From assembly GCA_903915225.1 (NCBI GenBank), contig CAIWSB010000055.1, forward strand, positions 6,847 to 70,846: a DNA stretch of 64,000 bases, written 5' to 3'. Numbering within the stretch: the stretch's first letter is position 1; every line of letters begins with the position of its first letter. Both the position numbers and the translations under genes were made by a program. The stretch is from an uncultured Candidatus Woesearchaeota archaeon (GTDB taxonomy: Archaea; Nanobdellota; Nanobdellia; Woesearchaeales; B29-G15). This document shows positions 1 through 8,621 of the stretch, one piece after another. The notes beneath the pieces are model-generated. The model had not been told where the DNA came from and searched no databases. It saw nothing but the letters and a program-made list of their open reading frames with translations.

Positions 1-32
1 TCCGCTTCCTGAAGCTTTTGTGTTAATGTCAT
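1..32 (-). CDS. 5' start of a third EExxH-family paralog, running off the window
   Basis: Minus strand from ATG at 32 reads MTLTQKLQEA, nearly identical to the MTLTQKVQEA start of 29..832; ATGA overlap with that gene's stop. Confidence 0.8.
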   Translation of the reverse strand, partial: MTLTQKLQEA

Positions 33-832
33 CTTGACCCTTCTCCTTCAACCTTTCCAGTAACCAGCAAAGGCATGCAATAGTTGTGCCAAAGCTCTTC
101 CCCTGACATGCTTGTAAGCGCAGGATGCTCATGCAGCAATCTCTGCACATCATACTCATAATTCATAACGAGCCTCTCGCCCGCAATCCGGGGAATGTGG
201 TGAAGCAAATTAATGACCGCTAAACGGTCGTGGTGGACTGCCTGAAGATTTTGAAAAGGCCTCCTCCTCAAACACGCATGGTTTACCAACTCTGAACCGC
301 TGGCATAATCAAGGAGTGCCTGCTCAGCTAATGGCGGGAAGAACTCGGAAATATCCACCAGAAACATTCTTGAACGGATGTGGGACTTTGCCGCCTGATA
401 GAGCCCGCGGAAGTACTGGCCGGAAAACTCCCGCAACTGCTTAAGTGGAAGCGATGTGGGGAACCTTGTCGGGTCAATGAGGGAATGCGTGACCTCCTCA
501 ACCAATGATGGAGTGTCAGCCTCGTCCCTATCCAAGAAAACCATGTGCGGGGTTTTTTCGTAAAAGGCCGTGAGAATGCGGCTGCGCTGAATCTCATTTA
601 GGGCATACCTCACCCCATCCTCATTCAGGGCAGGCCAGATATCTGCCTTGATTTCGCTTGAGTTCTTATACATCACCAGTGTTGGCGGAGTCCCGGGGCT
701 GCCCACGCTGAACAGCTCGGCCACCTCATGCCAAATCTTTTCCATCTCAGCATAAATATACTCAGCAGGCGCAGTCCCAAAGCAAATATCATGGACAAGT
801 TCCGCTTCCTGGACTTTTTGGGTTAATGTCAT
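29..832 (-). CDS. hypothetical protein, EExxH zincin-variant family paralog
   Basis: 267 aa; shares LVEExTH, EFFPPLA and YCxPLLVxGKVEG with 829..1614. Confidence 0.85.
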   Translation of the reverse strand: MTLTQKVQEAELVHDICFGTAPAEYIYAEMEKIWHEVAELFSVGSPGTPPTLVMYKNSSEIKADIWPALNEDGVRYALNEIQRSRILTAFYEKTPHMVFLDRDEADTPSLVEEVTHSLIDPTRFPTSLPLKQLREFSGQYFRGLYQAAKSHIRSRMFLVDISEFFPPLAEQALLDYASGSELVNHACLRRRPFQNLQAVHHDRLAVINLLHHIPRIAGERLVMNYEYDVQRLLHEHPALTSMSGEELWHNYCMPLLVTGKVEGEGSR

Positions 833-1614
833 GGTTTTTGTACACCTTCAACCTTCCCAGAAACCAGCAATGGCAGGCAGTACTTGCGCCACAGCTGCTG
901 GCCATCCAAGTAAGGCAGCTGTGGATGCTCCTGCAGAAGCCTCTTGACATCCCCATCATAATTCTGCACAAGGATATCGCAGGCCCGCGCGGGGAGATGG
1001 CCCAGGAAATTGCCGGTGGCAACCTGTTTCTTGAGGACAACTTCCCTTGAGTCCCACTGCCTCTTTTTGTACCTGGTCAGGCGATTCCAGCGCACTTCCC
1101 TGCTGGCTCCTGTGATTCCCTTGATTGCCAGTGGCGGGAAGAACTCTGCAGTATTCACCTGGAAACCCGTTTTGCCATGGGATTTCAGGACCCTGTAAAG
1201 TGCCTTGCATATCTTGCCTTTTGCTGTATAATACAAAAGCTCATCAACTGAAACCTCAACAATGGGCTTCTCCGGGTATAGGAATGCGTGGGTGGCCTCC
1301 TCAACCAGGGCGCCATAGCTATCACCGCGCTTCAATATGAGCGTGTGATTGCCGGAAATATAATATGAACCGGCTCTTTGGGTGTCAATATGCGCCCTAA
1401 TCATTGCTGATGTGGTTACAGGGGGCTCTGGGTAAAAATCAATATCAGGGTTGCCGGATCCGTCATTGATAGCGACAAATGGCAACTTGCCGGGGCGCTC
1501 CCTGCCGAATAATTTTCCCAACTCCTGCCAAATCCTGCCAACCTCATTGTAGACCTGTTCAGAGGTCGCAGTATGCAAATCAATATCCAGCTTATTTTCC
1601 AGGGTGGTCTCCAT
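829..1614 (-). CDS. hypothetical protein, EExxH zincin-variant family paralog
   Basis: 261 aa; LVEEATH, AEFFPPLA; GAGTGA RBS; 4-bp overlap with the next gene. Confidence 0.85.
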   Translation of the reverse strand: METTLENKLDIDLHTATSEQVYNEVGRIWQELGKLFGRERPGKLPFVAINDGSGNPDIDFYPEPPVTTSAMIRAHIDTQRAGSYYISGNHTLILKRGDSYGALVEEATHAFLYPEKPIVEVSVDELLYYTAKGKICKALYRVLKSHGKTGFQVNTAEFFPPLAIKGITGASREVRWNRLTRYKKRQWDSREVVLKKQVATGNFLGHLPARACDILVQNYDGDVKRLLQEHPQLPYLDGQQLWRKYCLPLLVSGKVEGVQKP

Positions 1615-1626
1615 GTGGAATCACTC

Positions 1627-2205
1627 CTATCTTTTCGCCTCCTTTCTTAGCTGTTCATACGGCGGCCATGACTCAACTGACATCTCCCGAAGCCCTGCCA
1701 GGACTTCCAGAGGGTCAACATAGCTATCAAAGAAAGGATACTTGTCGTTAAGCCCCGCGGCACTCCCAAGCTCAAGGTGCAGATTTGTGGGTAACGTTAT
1801 AGTTGGATATTGCTGGGATGAATCGTACAGGGTTGCTATAACCTGGCCTCTCCTTACCCTGTCGCCAACACTTACCTGGGGGACAACATGGGCGTATCCT
1901 GAGACAAACCCTTGGTGCTGAAGTACCAGGAGCAATTCATAATCCCTTAATGTGCTTGTTTCAGGCCCTCTCAGAACTGCCTGCACAAGCCCATCTGCAA
2001 CTGCCCTCACAGGGGTTGCGACAGGGAGGTTGAAATGCTCCACGCCTCTTGTGTCAAGATAAGAGATGAAATCATGGCCGAGATGTGTTTCATCAACGCG
2101 CCCTGACTGGTGCTGCCGCTGGAACCCTCCATAAACAACCCACCTGCTAAAATCTTTCAAATCCCCTTTCAGGATTGGGTGCGATAACTCTGTTGTGTTT
2201 TTCAT
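1627..2205 (-). CDS. M23 family (LytM-like) metallopeptidase domain protein
   Basis: HLGHD (HxxxD), TPVRAVADG, YAHV, VSVGDRVRRGQVI, NLHLE in place of HLHFE, and VDP. Confidence 0.85.
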   Translation of the reverse strand: MKNTTELSHPILKGDLKDFSRWVVYGGFQRQHQSGRVDETHLGHDFISYLDTRGVEHFNLPVATPVRAVADGLVQAVLRGPETSTLRDYELLLVLQHQGFVSGYAHVVPQVSVGDRVRRGQVIATLYDSSQQYPTITLPTNLHLELGSAAGLNDKYPFFDSYVDPLEVLAGLREMSVESWPPYEQLRKEAKR

Positions 2206-3011
2206 TTTGTAGCCTCCGTAGCATAATCCATATACAACCCGCCAAATCCAATTTTATGGTCAAAATTAGGATGGAGTTCATACTCCCCGTTCAATACCCT
2301 GAGCGTAACCTCATCATAAGGGCGTTCAGTTCGTGGCCCGAACTTGAAAGGAACGCCGTTGTATGCCATCAGAAGTGTAAAGAAGACTTCATAACCGCCA
2401 TACCTGACAAAATTATCCATTGCGTGCCTCTCATCAACACCGTTCTGCCTGGCCTGCTCAACCAGGTCCGGAGCGTTCCTTCGCACAATTGCCTCAAGGT
2501 CAGCCCGGAACTGCCCATCACCCAGCAGCAGGGCCTTGTAATCCCTGAACAACTCACGTGCAGGCAGGTGCGCCTCATGCTCCCTGTCCTCAGCAGTCAT
2601 GCAATTGTGAACCAGCTCCTCATCTAGAAGTATCACAGAAACATCATTGCAGTCTGAAAAGTAATCCCTGAAATTCTCAACACGGCGCCTGGCACGCCTC
2701 TTAACATCATGGACTTTTGCACAATCATGTAATATGGCCTTCCCGCGCGGGTCAATCCCAGCCTTGTTCCACATCTGCATGCCATCGGCCACGAGCAAAT
2801 ACACATGATGCGAGAACTGCCTTGCGCAATTGATGTAGTCAATAACCTGCTGATCTGGATACATGGACTCGTTTGTGCTGATTGCCATGAAGCAGGCGGG
2901 CAGAGTAATCCCCTGCGCACCAGACTCCCTGAACGGAGCAGCAGCAAGCCCGAGCGCATCAACTATCTGAACGAGCCCGTTCCCAGTCCGCGCAATTTCA
3001 TCATTTGCCAT
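2202..3011 (-). CDS. tRNA-dependent cyclodipeptide synthase (CDPS)-like protein, divergent
   Basis: MAIS-TNESMY...LLVAD, DGQFRADLEAIVR and YGGYE align by eye with AlbC GIS-AGNSYF...VVYVD, DAEFATACEDMVR and YVLAE; start moved to 3011 behind a GGTGA RBS. Confidence 0.65.
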   Translation of the reverse strand: MANDEIARTGNGLVQIVDALGLAAAPFRESGAQGITLPACFMAISTNESMYPDQQVIDYINCARQFSHHVYLLVADGMQMWNKAGIDPRGKAILHDCAKVHDVKRRARRRVENFRDYFSDCNDVSVILLDEELVHNCMTAEDREHEAHLPARELFRDYKALLLGDGQFRADLEAIVRRNAPDLVEQARQNGVDERHAMDNFVRYGGYEVFFTLLMAYNGVPFKFGPRTERPYDEVTLRVLNGEYELHPNFDHKIGFGGLYMDYATEATK

Positions 3012-4542
3012 TTTGCGCCTCACCTTTCTGCATATACGGCAATACAAAAAGCCCGTAGAACGACTCCGGGTCCTGCTTAAACTTGACATTAATGTCAGCA
3101 GGGTTCACCAATTGAGACGTAAGATAAACAACCCTCTTCCTGGCAACCTCAAGGCTTTCAGCAGCCTCAGGGACGTACCAAAGCACATCAATCTCCCTCT
3201 CCAGGAAGTCCTTTGCGGTTTGAATAAAACCAGTAGTCAGAAGACCGAGACATGAATTCTTTACAGAGGACTTAATGGATTCTATCTCTTTACTAGAGCG
3301 GTTAAGGTTCCCTTTCCATGCATCATAGACCTTCTGCGCGAAATAGTCTGACCAGATTGCATTGATGAACCTGTCATAACCTGTCTTGGGATTCCAATCG
3401 ACGCCCAACTCCTGGGCAACTGTGGCATAAAAATTATTTATCCCGTTTTCAGTTATTTCAGGAACCTGCTTTATCGCCCTGAGAACATGTTTCAAGAATT
3501 TGTGGGGCTCCTTGATTTCTGCGAGCCTCCTGCAGTCTGCAAAATCAGTCAAAACATACCTTGTGCCTGTCCAAACCATATTCTCAGGATGGATTGTGGT
3601 GTGGAGCAGTATCTCCTCAAGCTTGGCGAGTCCGGCATAGTGCTGGCCTATGGAAGTTGACAAGACCATCTCCTTGTCCTCAACCGTAGGGAAGTCCGGG
3701 TTGTGGTCATATGAAGCGCGTATATTGGTCGGGGCGAGCCTGAGCAGATACGCCTGCATTAGCTCTTGCTTGTCCCCCTTAGGGTCTTTCTTGGTTTTCA
3801 AAAATGAGAATAGTGCAAGGGCCCTCACTGCATCACCGCTGCCAAACTCGGGTATTTTCCTCCTGCGTTGTATCTCAAGATTGGAATATTCGCGCATCCC
3901 CTCCCTGATGTCAAACCCGCCAACTTCCTCGCCACTGGTGCCAAAATAGTCTGTCCTGTGCATCAGCTCGGCTCTCTGGTTGTTCCCGTCTGGGCAGCCC
4001 ACGCCCTTGGCCTCAACCACAAAATCCTTACCATCAATATTAACGATAACGGGCTCTCCACGGTGCAAAAGAATCCCTGTCCTCCCTTCTGGGGGCATAC
4101 CATCGTTATCTTCTGTGGTGCTCATTAGAACAGAATAGTTTGTCTGCCTTACACCTGATGTCCTCAAGATGCCCTCTTCTAAAATATCTGTCAAATCCTT
4201 GGGCAAGGATGAATAATCTGCTGTGAAATCTGTCATCTTAACCAGCTCATCTGAAACATACAATGGAATCTCTACCATTATCCTGTCAGAGCGCCATTTG
4301 GATGTTGACCCTGGATTAGGTTTAGTTATTCTCTCAGACTTGAAAAATGAGGATTCTGTGTATATGAGGCCGGCCATGCCAGAAGCATCCCTCGTGACTG
4401 CCAGCAAATGCCTCAGCTTTCTGGGATTTATACTGAATGGAGAACGAGGATGGGCCTTGCGCTCCAAATGCTGCTCCAGGGTTAAACCTATCTTACGCAG
4501 GTAAGGTTTAATGCCCCGTCCATCATCCTTGTCACTTCCCAT
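3001..4542 (-). CDS. SelO/YdiU-like kinase-fold protein (putative AMPylase)
   Basis: EGRTGILL, KGVG, REYSNLE, RALAL, AYLLRLAPTNIR and HTTIHPENM...DF occur in the same order as SelO DGRGILL, KGAG, RE...E, RALS, AMLMRVAPSHLR and HGVMNTDNM...DY; ATG start at 4542. Confidence 0.7.
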   Translation of the reverse strand: MGSDKDDGRGIKPYLRKIGLTLEQHLERKAHPRSPFSINPRKLRHLLAVTRDASGMAGLIYTESSFFKSERITKPNPGSTSKWRSDRIMVEIPLYVSDELVKMTDFTADYSSLPKDLTDILEEGILRTSGVRQTNYSVLMSTTEDNDGMPPEGRTGILLHRGEPVIVNIDGKDFVVEAKGVGCPDGNNQRAELMHRTDYFGTSGEEVGGFDIREGMREYSNLEIQRRRKIPEFGSGDAVRALALFSFLKTKKDPKGDKQELMQAYLLRLAPTNIRASYDHNPDFPTVEDKEMVLSTSIGQHYAGLAKLEEILLHTTIHPENMVWTGTRYVLTDFADCRRLAEIKEPHKFLKHVLRAIKQVPEITENGINNFYATVAQELGVDWNPKTGYDRFINAIWSDYFAQKVYDAWKGNLNRSSKEIESIKSSVKNSCLGLLTTGFIQTAKDFLEREIDVLWYVPEAAESLEVARKRVVYLTSQLVNPADINVKFKQDPESFYGLFVLPYMQKGEAQNGK

Positions 4543-4681
4543 TTTCCGCCTCGCTAATGAGCTTCTCTGCTGCAACCTCAAAGAAATGGGACTTGTTCCT
4601 GTATGCCTTGTTCTCCCTGATGAGCTTCTGAATCCCGTAAATAGTATCCTCTTCCACGGATATGCTAAGCTTGAATTTCAT
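4532..4681 (-). CDS. ribbon-helix-helix (CopG/Arc-like) regulator, 49 aa, missing from the ORF track
   Basis: My translation: MKFKLSISVEEDTIYGIQKLIRENKAYRNKSHFFEVAAEKLISEAENGK. KLSISV strand and YRNKSHFFE turn-helix are typical of RHH; TATA ~25 bp upstream; overlaps the SelO-like start. Confidence 0.75.
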   Translation of the reverse strand: MKFKLSISVEEDTIYGIQKLIRENKAYRNKSHFFEVAAEKLISEAENGK

Positions 4682-4724
4682 TAGGTATGAAAAAATACTA
4701 CTCGCTTATAAGGCTTACGGTTTT

Positions 4725-4744
4725 TTACTACTGTTTAGAGATAA
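4725..4744. promoter_or_regulatory. recurrent 8-4-8 palindrome, site 1
   Basis: TTACTACT-GTTT-AGAGATAA, 15 bp upstream of the TTATAA of the RHH operon. Confidence 0.65.
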
Positions 4745-4803
4745 CAATATACAAATCTGTGACAATGAATAATATTAAATAATTAAGGGGGCTAACAGGC
4801 AAA

Positions 4804-5163
4804 ATGAACTACAAGGACATCAGGCAGCTCATAGGCAAGAACGTCACAGTCAAGATTGACAGGGCCCTAGGCACTATGCACAAGGGATTCATCTACACCC
4901 TCAACTACGGCTATATAGAAGGAATTATCGCCCCAGACGGCGAGTGCCTGGATGCATATGTGCTAGGTGTATCAAAGCCAGTCCGTGAATTCACAGGGAG
5001 ATGCATAGCGATAATCCACAGGACAGACGAGGATGATGACAAGGTTGTTGTGGCCCCTGAAGGTGAAGAGTACAGCGATGAACAAATCAAAGCCATGACT
5101 GATTTCCAGGAGAGATTCCACAGGTCTGTGGTTGTCAGATATGCAGGCTCAGAAGTTTTTTAA
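4804..5163 (+). CDS. short soluble inorganic pyrophosphatase family protein
   Basis: YTLNYGYI, DGECLDAYVL, DEDDDKVV. Confidence 0.8.
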   Translation: MNYKDIRQLIGKNVTVKIDRALGTMHKGFIYTLNYGYIEGIIAPDGECLDAYVLGVSKPVREFTGRCIAIIHRTDEDDDKVVVAPEGEEYSDEQIKAMTDFQERFHRSVVVRYAGSEVF

Positions 5164-5186
5164 ACTCAACATAAACCATTGCTGAA

Positions 5187-5987
5187 ATGAATAACCTATT
5201 CCTCCTGCTGAATACCCTGCTGGCATTCATCATCGGCGGGTTGTGGATAATCATAACCACTGCCGTAGCTGACCGCTTCGGGAGCAAGATAGGGGGATTC
5301 ATAGGGGGATTGCCCTCAACAGTCGTGGTTGCATTCCTCTTCATCGGCCTGGCCCAGTCACCGGAGATTGCCTCACAGGCGACAACTGTGTTCCCATTAA
5401 TAATTGGTTTCACAGGCTTATTCCTGACCAGTTTTGCGGTTATTGGAAAAAGGAGCTTTGCAGCGGGACTAAGCGGGGCATTAATCCTGTGGCTGTCCCT
5501 CTCCTCACTCACGGTAATCTTCAAGGTGGAGAACTTTGCATTCTCAATAATAGGTTATCTCGTAAGTCTAGTGGTCTCCTACTTGGTTCTTGAAAAATAT
5601 TTGTTCTTACCCTCTGCAGATAGGGGAAGGATTTATTATTCAAAGCTCCAGATAGCTGCACGCGGATTATTTGGCGGGCTCATGATTGCATTTGCTGTTT
5701 TTATGAGCAAGGTTGGCGGGCCGATATTTGGAGGGATTTTTGCCGCATTCCCAGCTGTTTTTATCTCAACTTTATTCATAAGCTACAGATCCCGCGGGCT
5801 TGGGTTCTCCAGGGCGATGACAAAACCAATGCTCATTACAGGGATGGTCACAATCGGGGTTTACGGGATTGCTGTGAGATACCTCTACCTCACCAGTGGA
5901 ATAATCCTGGGGACTTTATTCTCTTACTTAATCTCAATGGTGAGCGCATTCTTCGCCTATCAATTTATCCAGAAGAAACTAACTTAG
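5187..5987 (+). CDS. multi-pass membrane protein (DUF3147-like duplicated domain)
   Basis: Two hydrophobic repeats, GGFIGGLPS and GGIFAAFPA. Confidence 0.7.
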   Translation: MNNLFLLLNTLLAFIIGGLWIIITTAVADRFGSKIGGFIGGLPSTVVVAFLFIGLAQSPEIASQATTVFPLIIGFTGLFLTSFAVIGKRSFAAGLSGALILWLSLSSLTVIFKVENFAFSIIGYLVSLVVSYLVLEKYLFLPSADRGRIYYSKLQIAARGLFGGLMIAFAVFMSKVGGPIFGGIFAAFPAVFISTLFISYRSRGLGFSRAMTKPMLITGMVTIGVYGIAVRYLYLTSGIILGTLFSYLISMVSAFFAYQFIQKKLT

Positions 5988-6599
5988 GATTCCGAGGCAA
6001 GACCCATGCTTTTTTAATCCCTGAACAACATACAGGCTCGCCTGGCCCTGAACATTGCTCTGGAATACCTTCTCTCCGCTGATGCCCAAGAAATATTCTG
6101 ATTTGACTGAGAAATATTTTGAAATCTCCGCCTCAAGTTCAGGGATATCCGTGTGCCTAATCCTGCACATGTATGAATCCGAATCCTGTGTCCATCTCTT
6201 GAAGTGCTCAGACTTCGGGTCCAGCAGCATTACCACAAGCCCTCCATTTGGCCTAAGCACCCGTGCTGTCTCCCTGATTGCACCCTTATAGTCAGCTATG
6301 AATTGTAAAGATGCAACATAAATTGCAGCATCAAAGCTTGAATTTAGAAAATCCATGTGTTCTGCATTGCCCACAACTGTCCTCAGTGTGTCGGGAGCGC
6401 CATTCAGTGCTTCTTTAGATACATCAAGCCCTGTAACAATGAACCCGCGTTCTGCCAAACCACGCTCAATGATTGCCGGGCCGCACCCTACGCTGAGGAT
6501 TTCCCTGCGGCCTTTCAAAGCATCAAGAAGGTAATCTGTCTCCTGCTCGAAAACCTGCCTCCAGAATTCAGTCTCGCATAATTCCAGGTAGCTTGGCAT
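5979..6599 (-). CDS. class I SAM-dependent methyltransferase
   Basis: ILSVGCGPA, GLDVS, SFDAA, RVLRPNG; ATG 6599 lies ~25 bp after a TATA box. Confidence 0.85.
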   Translation of the reverse strand: MPSYLELCETEFWRQVFEQETDYLLDALKGRREILSVGCGPAIIERGLAERGFIVTGLDVSKEALNGAPDTLRTVVGNAEHMDFLNSSFDAAIYVASLQFIADYKGAIRETARVLRPNGGLVVMLLDPKSEHFKRWTQDSDSYMCRIRHTDIPELEAEISKYFSVKSEYFLGISGEKVFQSNVQGQASLYVVQGLKKHGSCLGILS

Positions 6600-6695
6600 A
6601 ATGAGATTAATCTGTGGACATTTAAATAATTTGGGCATTAAAGTTAAGGGGATATTTCCCAGAGGGTGTGTCCATATATTAAGAGATAAAGAATT

Positions 6696-8621
6696 TCACC
6701 TCAACCTTTCCTTTAGCTTAATTACCCTGTCCCGAAGCTCAATTGCCCGCTCAAACTCCAGCTTCTCGGCAGCAAGCTCCATCTCTGCCTCTAATTGGAT
6801 TATCACATTGGGGAGCTCAGCTGTTGGGATGTGCTTTGTGTCCTTGATGTCTGCAATCTCTTCACGGATTGGCTTAATTATAGTCTCAGGAATAATCTTA
6901 TTCTTCTTATTATACTCCAGCTGCAGATTGCGCCTGCGCTCAGTCTCCAAAAGCGCCTGCCTCATGCTCTCAGTCACATTGTCTGCATAAAGCACAACCT
7001 TGCTGTCAATATTTCTTGCAGCTCTTCCAATAATCTGGATTAAGCTCCTTGCATCCCGCAAAAACCCCTCCTTGTCAGCATCAAGAATGCCGATGAAGCC
7101 AACCTCAGGGATATCCAAACCCTCACGGAGCAGGTTTATCCCAACAAGCACATCGAACTTGCCCAGGCGAAGCTGCCTTATTATCTCAGTCCTGTCAAGT
7201 GTGTCGATGTCAGAGTGGAGGTACCTTGTCTTGAATCCCTCCTTGGCAAGGAATTCAGAAAGCTCCTCGGCAAGCCTCTTTGTTAGCGTTGTAACAAGCA
7301 CCCTGTTGTTCTTTGCAATTGCAGATGAAATCTCCTTCTTTAAGTCATCCACCTGGCCAGTTATCGGCCGTACCTCAACCTGCGGGTCAACTAGCCCAGT
7401 TGGCCTGATAATCTGCTCAACAACTTGTGAAGACAAACCCTTTTCATACTCAGCTGGGGTTGCAGAGACAAACATAACCTTGTCCATGAACTTTGAAAAC
7501 TCCTCAAACCTGAGCGGGCGGTTGTCAAATGCAGAGGGCAGGCGGAACCCATAATCAATAAGCGTCTTTTTCCTTGAAAAGTCGCCGTTGTACATTGCAT
7601 GGAGCTGTGGTATTGTCTGGTGGCTCTCATCAATAATCATGAGGAAACCCTTTGGGAAATAATCCAGCAAACAAAATGGCCTTTCCCCTTGCTTCCTGCC
7701 GTCAAAGTGCCTTGAGTAGTTCTCAATGCCCTTGCAAAATCCTGTTTCCCGAAGCATCTCTATATCATATAGTGTCCGCTGCTTGAGCCTGTGCGCCTCC
7801 AGCATCCCGAGATTTGGCAGAACTTCCTCAAGCTCCTTTTGTATTGAAACAATCGCCCTCTCACGCTCCTCTTCTGTTGCCACGAAATGCTTGGCAGGGA
7901 AAACATAGAAGTACTTGAGCTCCTCCACTGCCTTTCCCGAGACCTTGTCAATTATCCAAATTCTCTCTATGTCATCCCCAAACATCTCCACACGAACAAT
8001 GTCGTTGAAATACCCTGGGATGATGTCGATTGTATCACCCTTCACCCTAAACCTGCCTGGCATGAGCTCAATGTCATTTCTCTCAAACTGGATGTCAACG
8101 AGCTTTTTCAGAATCTCATTCCTCGCACGCTTCTCGCCAACCTTTATCTCAAACCCAAGGTCCTTGAAATTAGTGGGATTGCCAACAGAATAAATGCAGG
8201 ACACAGATGCAACAACAATCACATCCTCCTGGGAGAGTAGGGATGCGGTGGCAGAGAGCCTCATCTGCTCAATTCTGGGGTTTATCTGGGAGTCCTTCTC
8301 AATGTACTGGTCCTTTGAGGGGATGTAAGACTCTGGCTGGTAATAGTCGTAATATGAAACAAAATACTCAACGCGGTTACTCGGAAAGAAATCACGGAAC
8401 TCATTATAGAGCTGTGCTGCCAGGGTCTTGTTGTGGGCAATCACAATTGTGGGCCTCTGGAGCTTCTGAATCACGTTGGCCATTGTGAAAGTCTTCCCTG
8501 AGCCAGTGACTCCGAGAAGTGTTTGCGCAGAAGCTCCCTTTGAAAACCCCTGGGCCAATTTTATTATCGCCTCTGGCTGCGAGCCCGTAGGTTCGAACCG
8601 GGATTTAAGGATAAACTTCAT
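6696..8621 (-). CDS. uvrB: excinuclease ABC subunit B
   Basis: GVTGSGKT, YYDYYQPE beta-hairpin, DESH, GINLLREGLD, C-terminal UVR domain. Confidence 0.98.
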   Translation of the reverse strand: MKFILKSRFEPTGSQPEAIIKLAQGFSKGASAQTLLGVTGSGKTFTMANVIQKLQRPTIVIAHNKTLAAQLYNEFRDFFPSNRVEYFVSYYDYYQPESYIPSKDQYIEKDSQINPRIEQMRLSATASLLSQEDVIVVASVSCIYSVGNPTNFKDLGFEIKVGEKRARNEILKKLVDIQFERNDIELMPGRFRVKGDTIDIIPGYFNDIVRVEMFGDDIERIWIIDKVSGKAVEELKYFYVFPAKHFVATEEERERAIVSIQKELEEVLPNLGMLEAHRLKQRTLYDIEMLRETGFCKGIENYSRHFDGRKQGERPFCLLDYFPKGFLMIIDESHQTIPQLHAMYNGDFSRKKTLIDYGFRLPSAFDNRPLRFEEFSKFMDKVMFVSATPAEYEKGLSSQVVEQIIRPTGLVDPQVEVRPITGQVDDLKKEISSAIAKNNRVLVTTLTKRLAEELSEFLAKEGFKTRYLHSDIDTLDRTEIIRQLRLGKFDVLVGINLLREGLDIPEVGFIGILDADKEGFLRDARSLIQIIGRAARNIDSKVVLYADNVTESMRQALLETERRRNLQLEYNKKNKIIPETIIKPIREEIADIKDTKHIPTAELPNVIIQLEAEMELAAEKLEFERAIELRDRVIKLKERLR

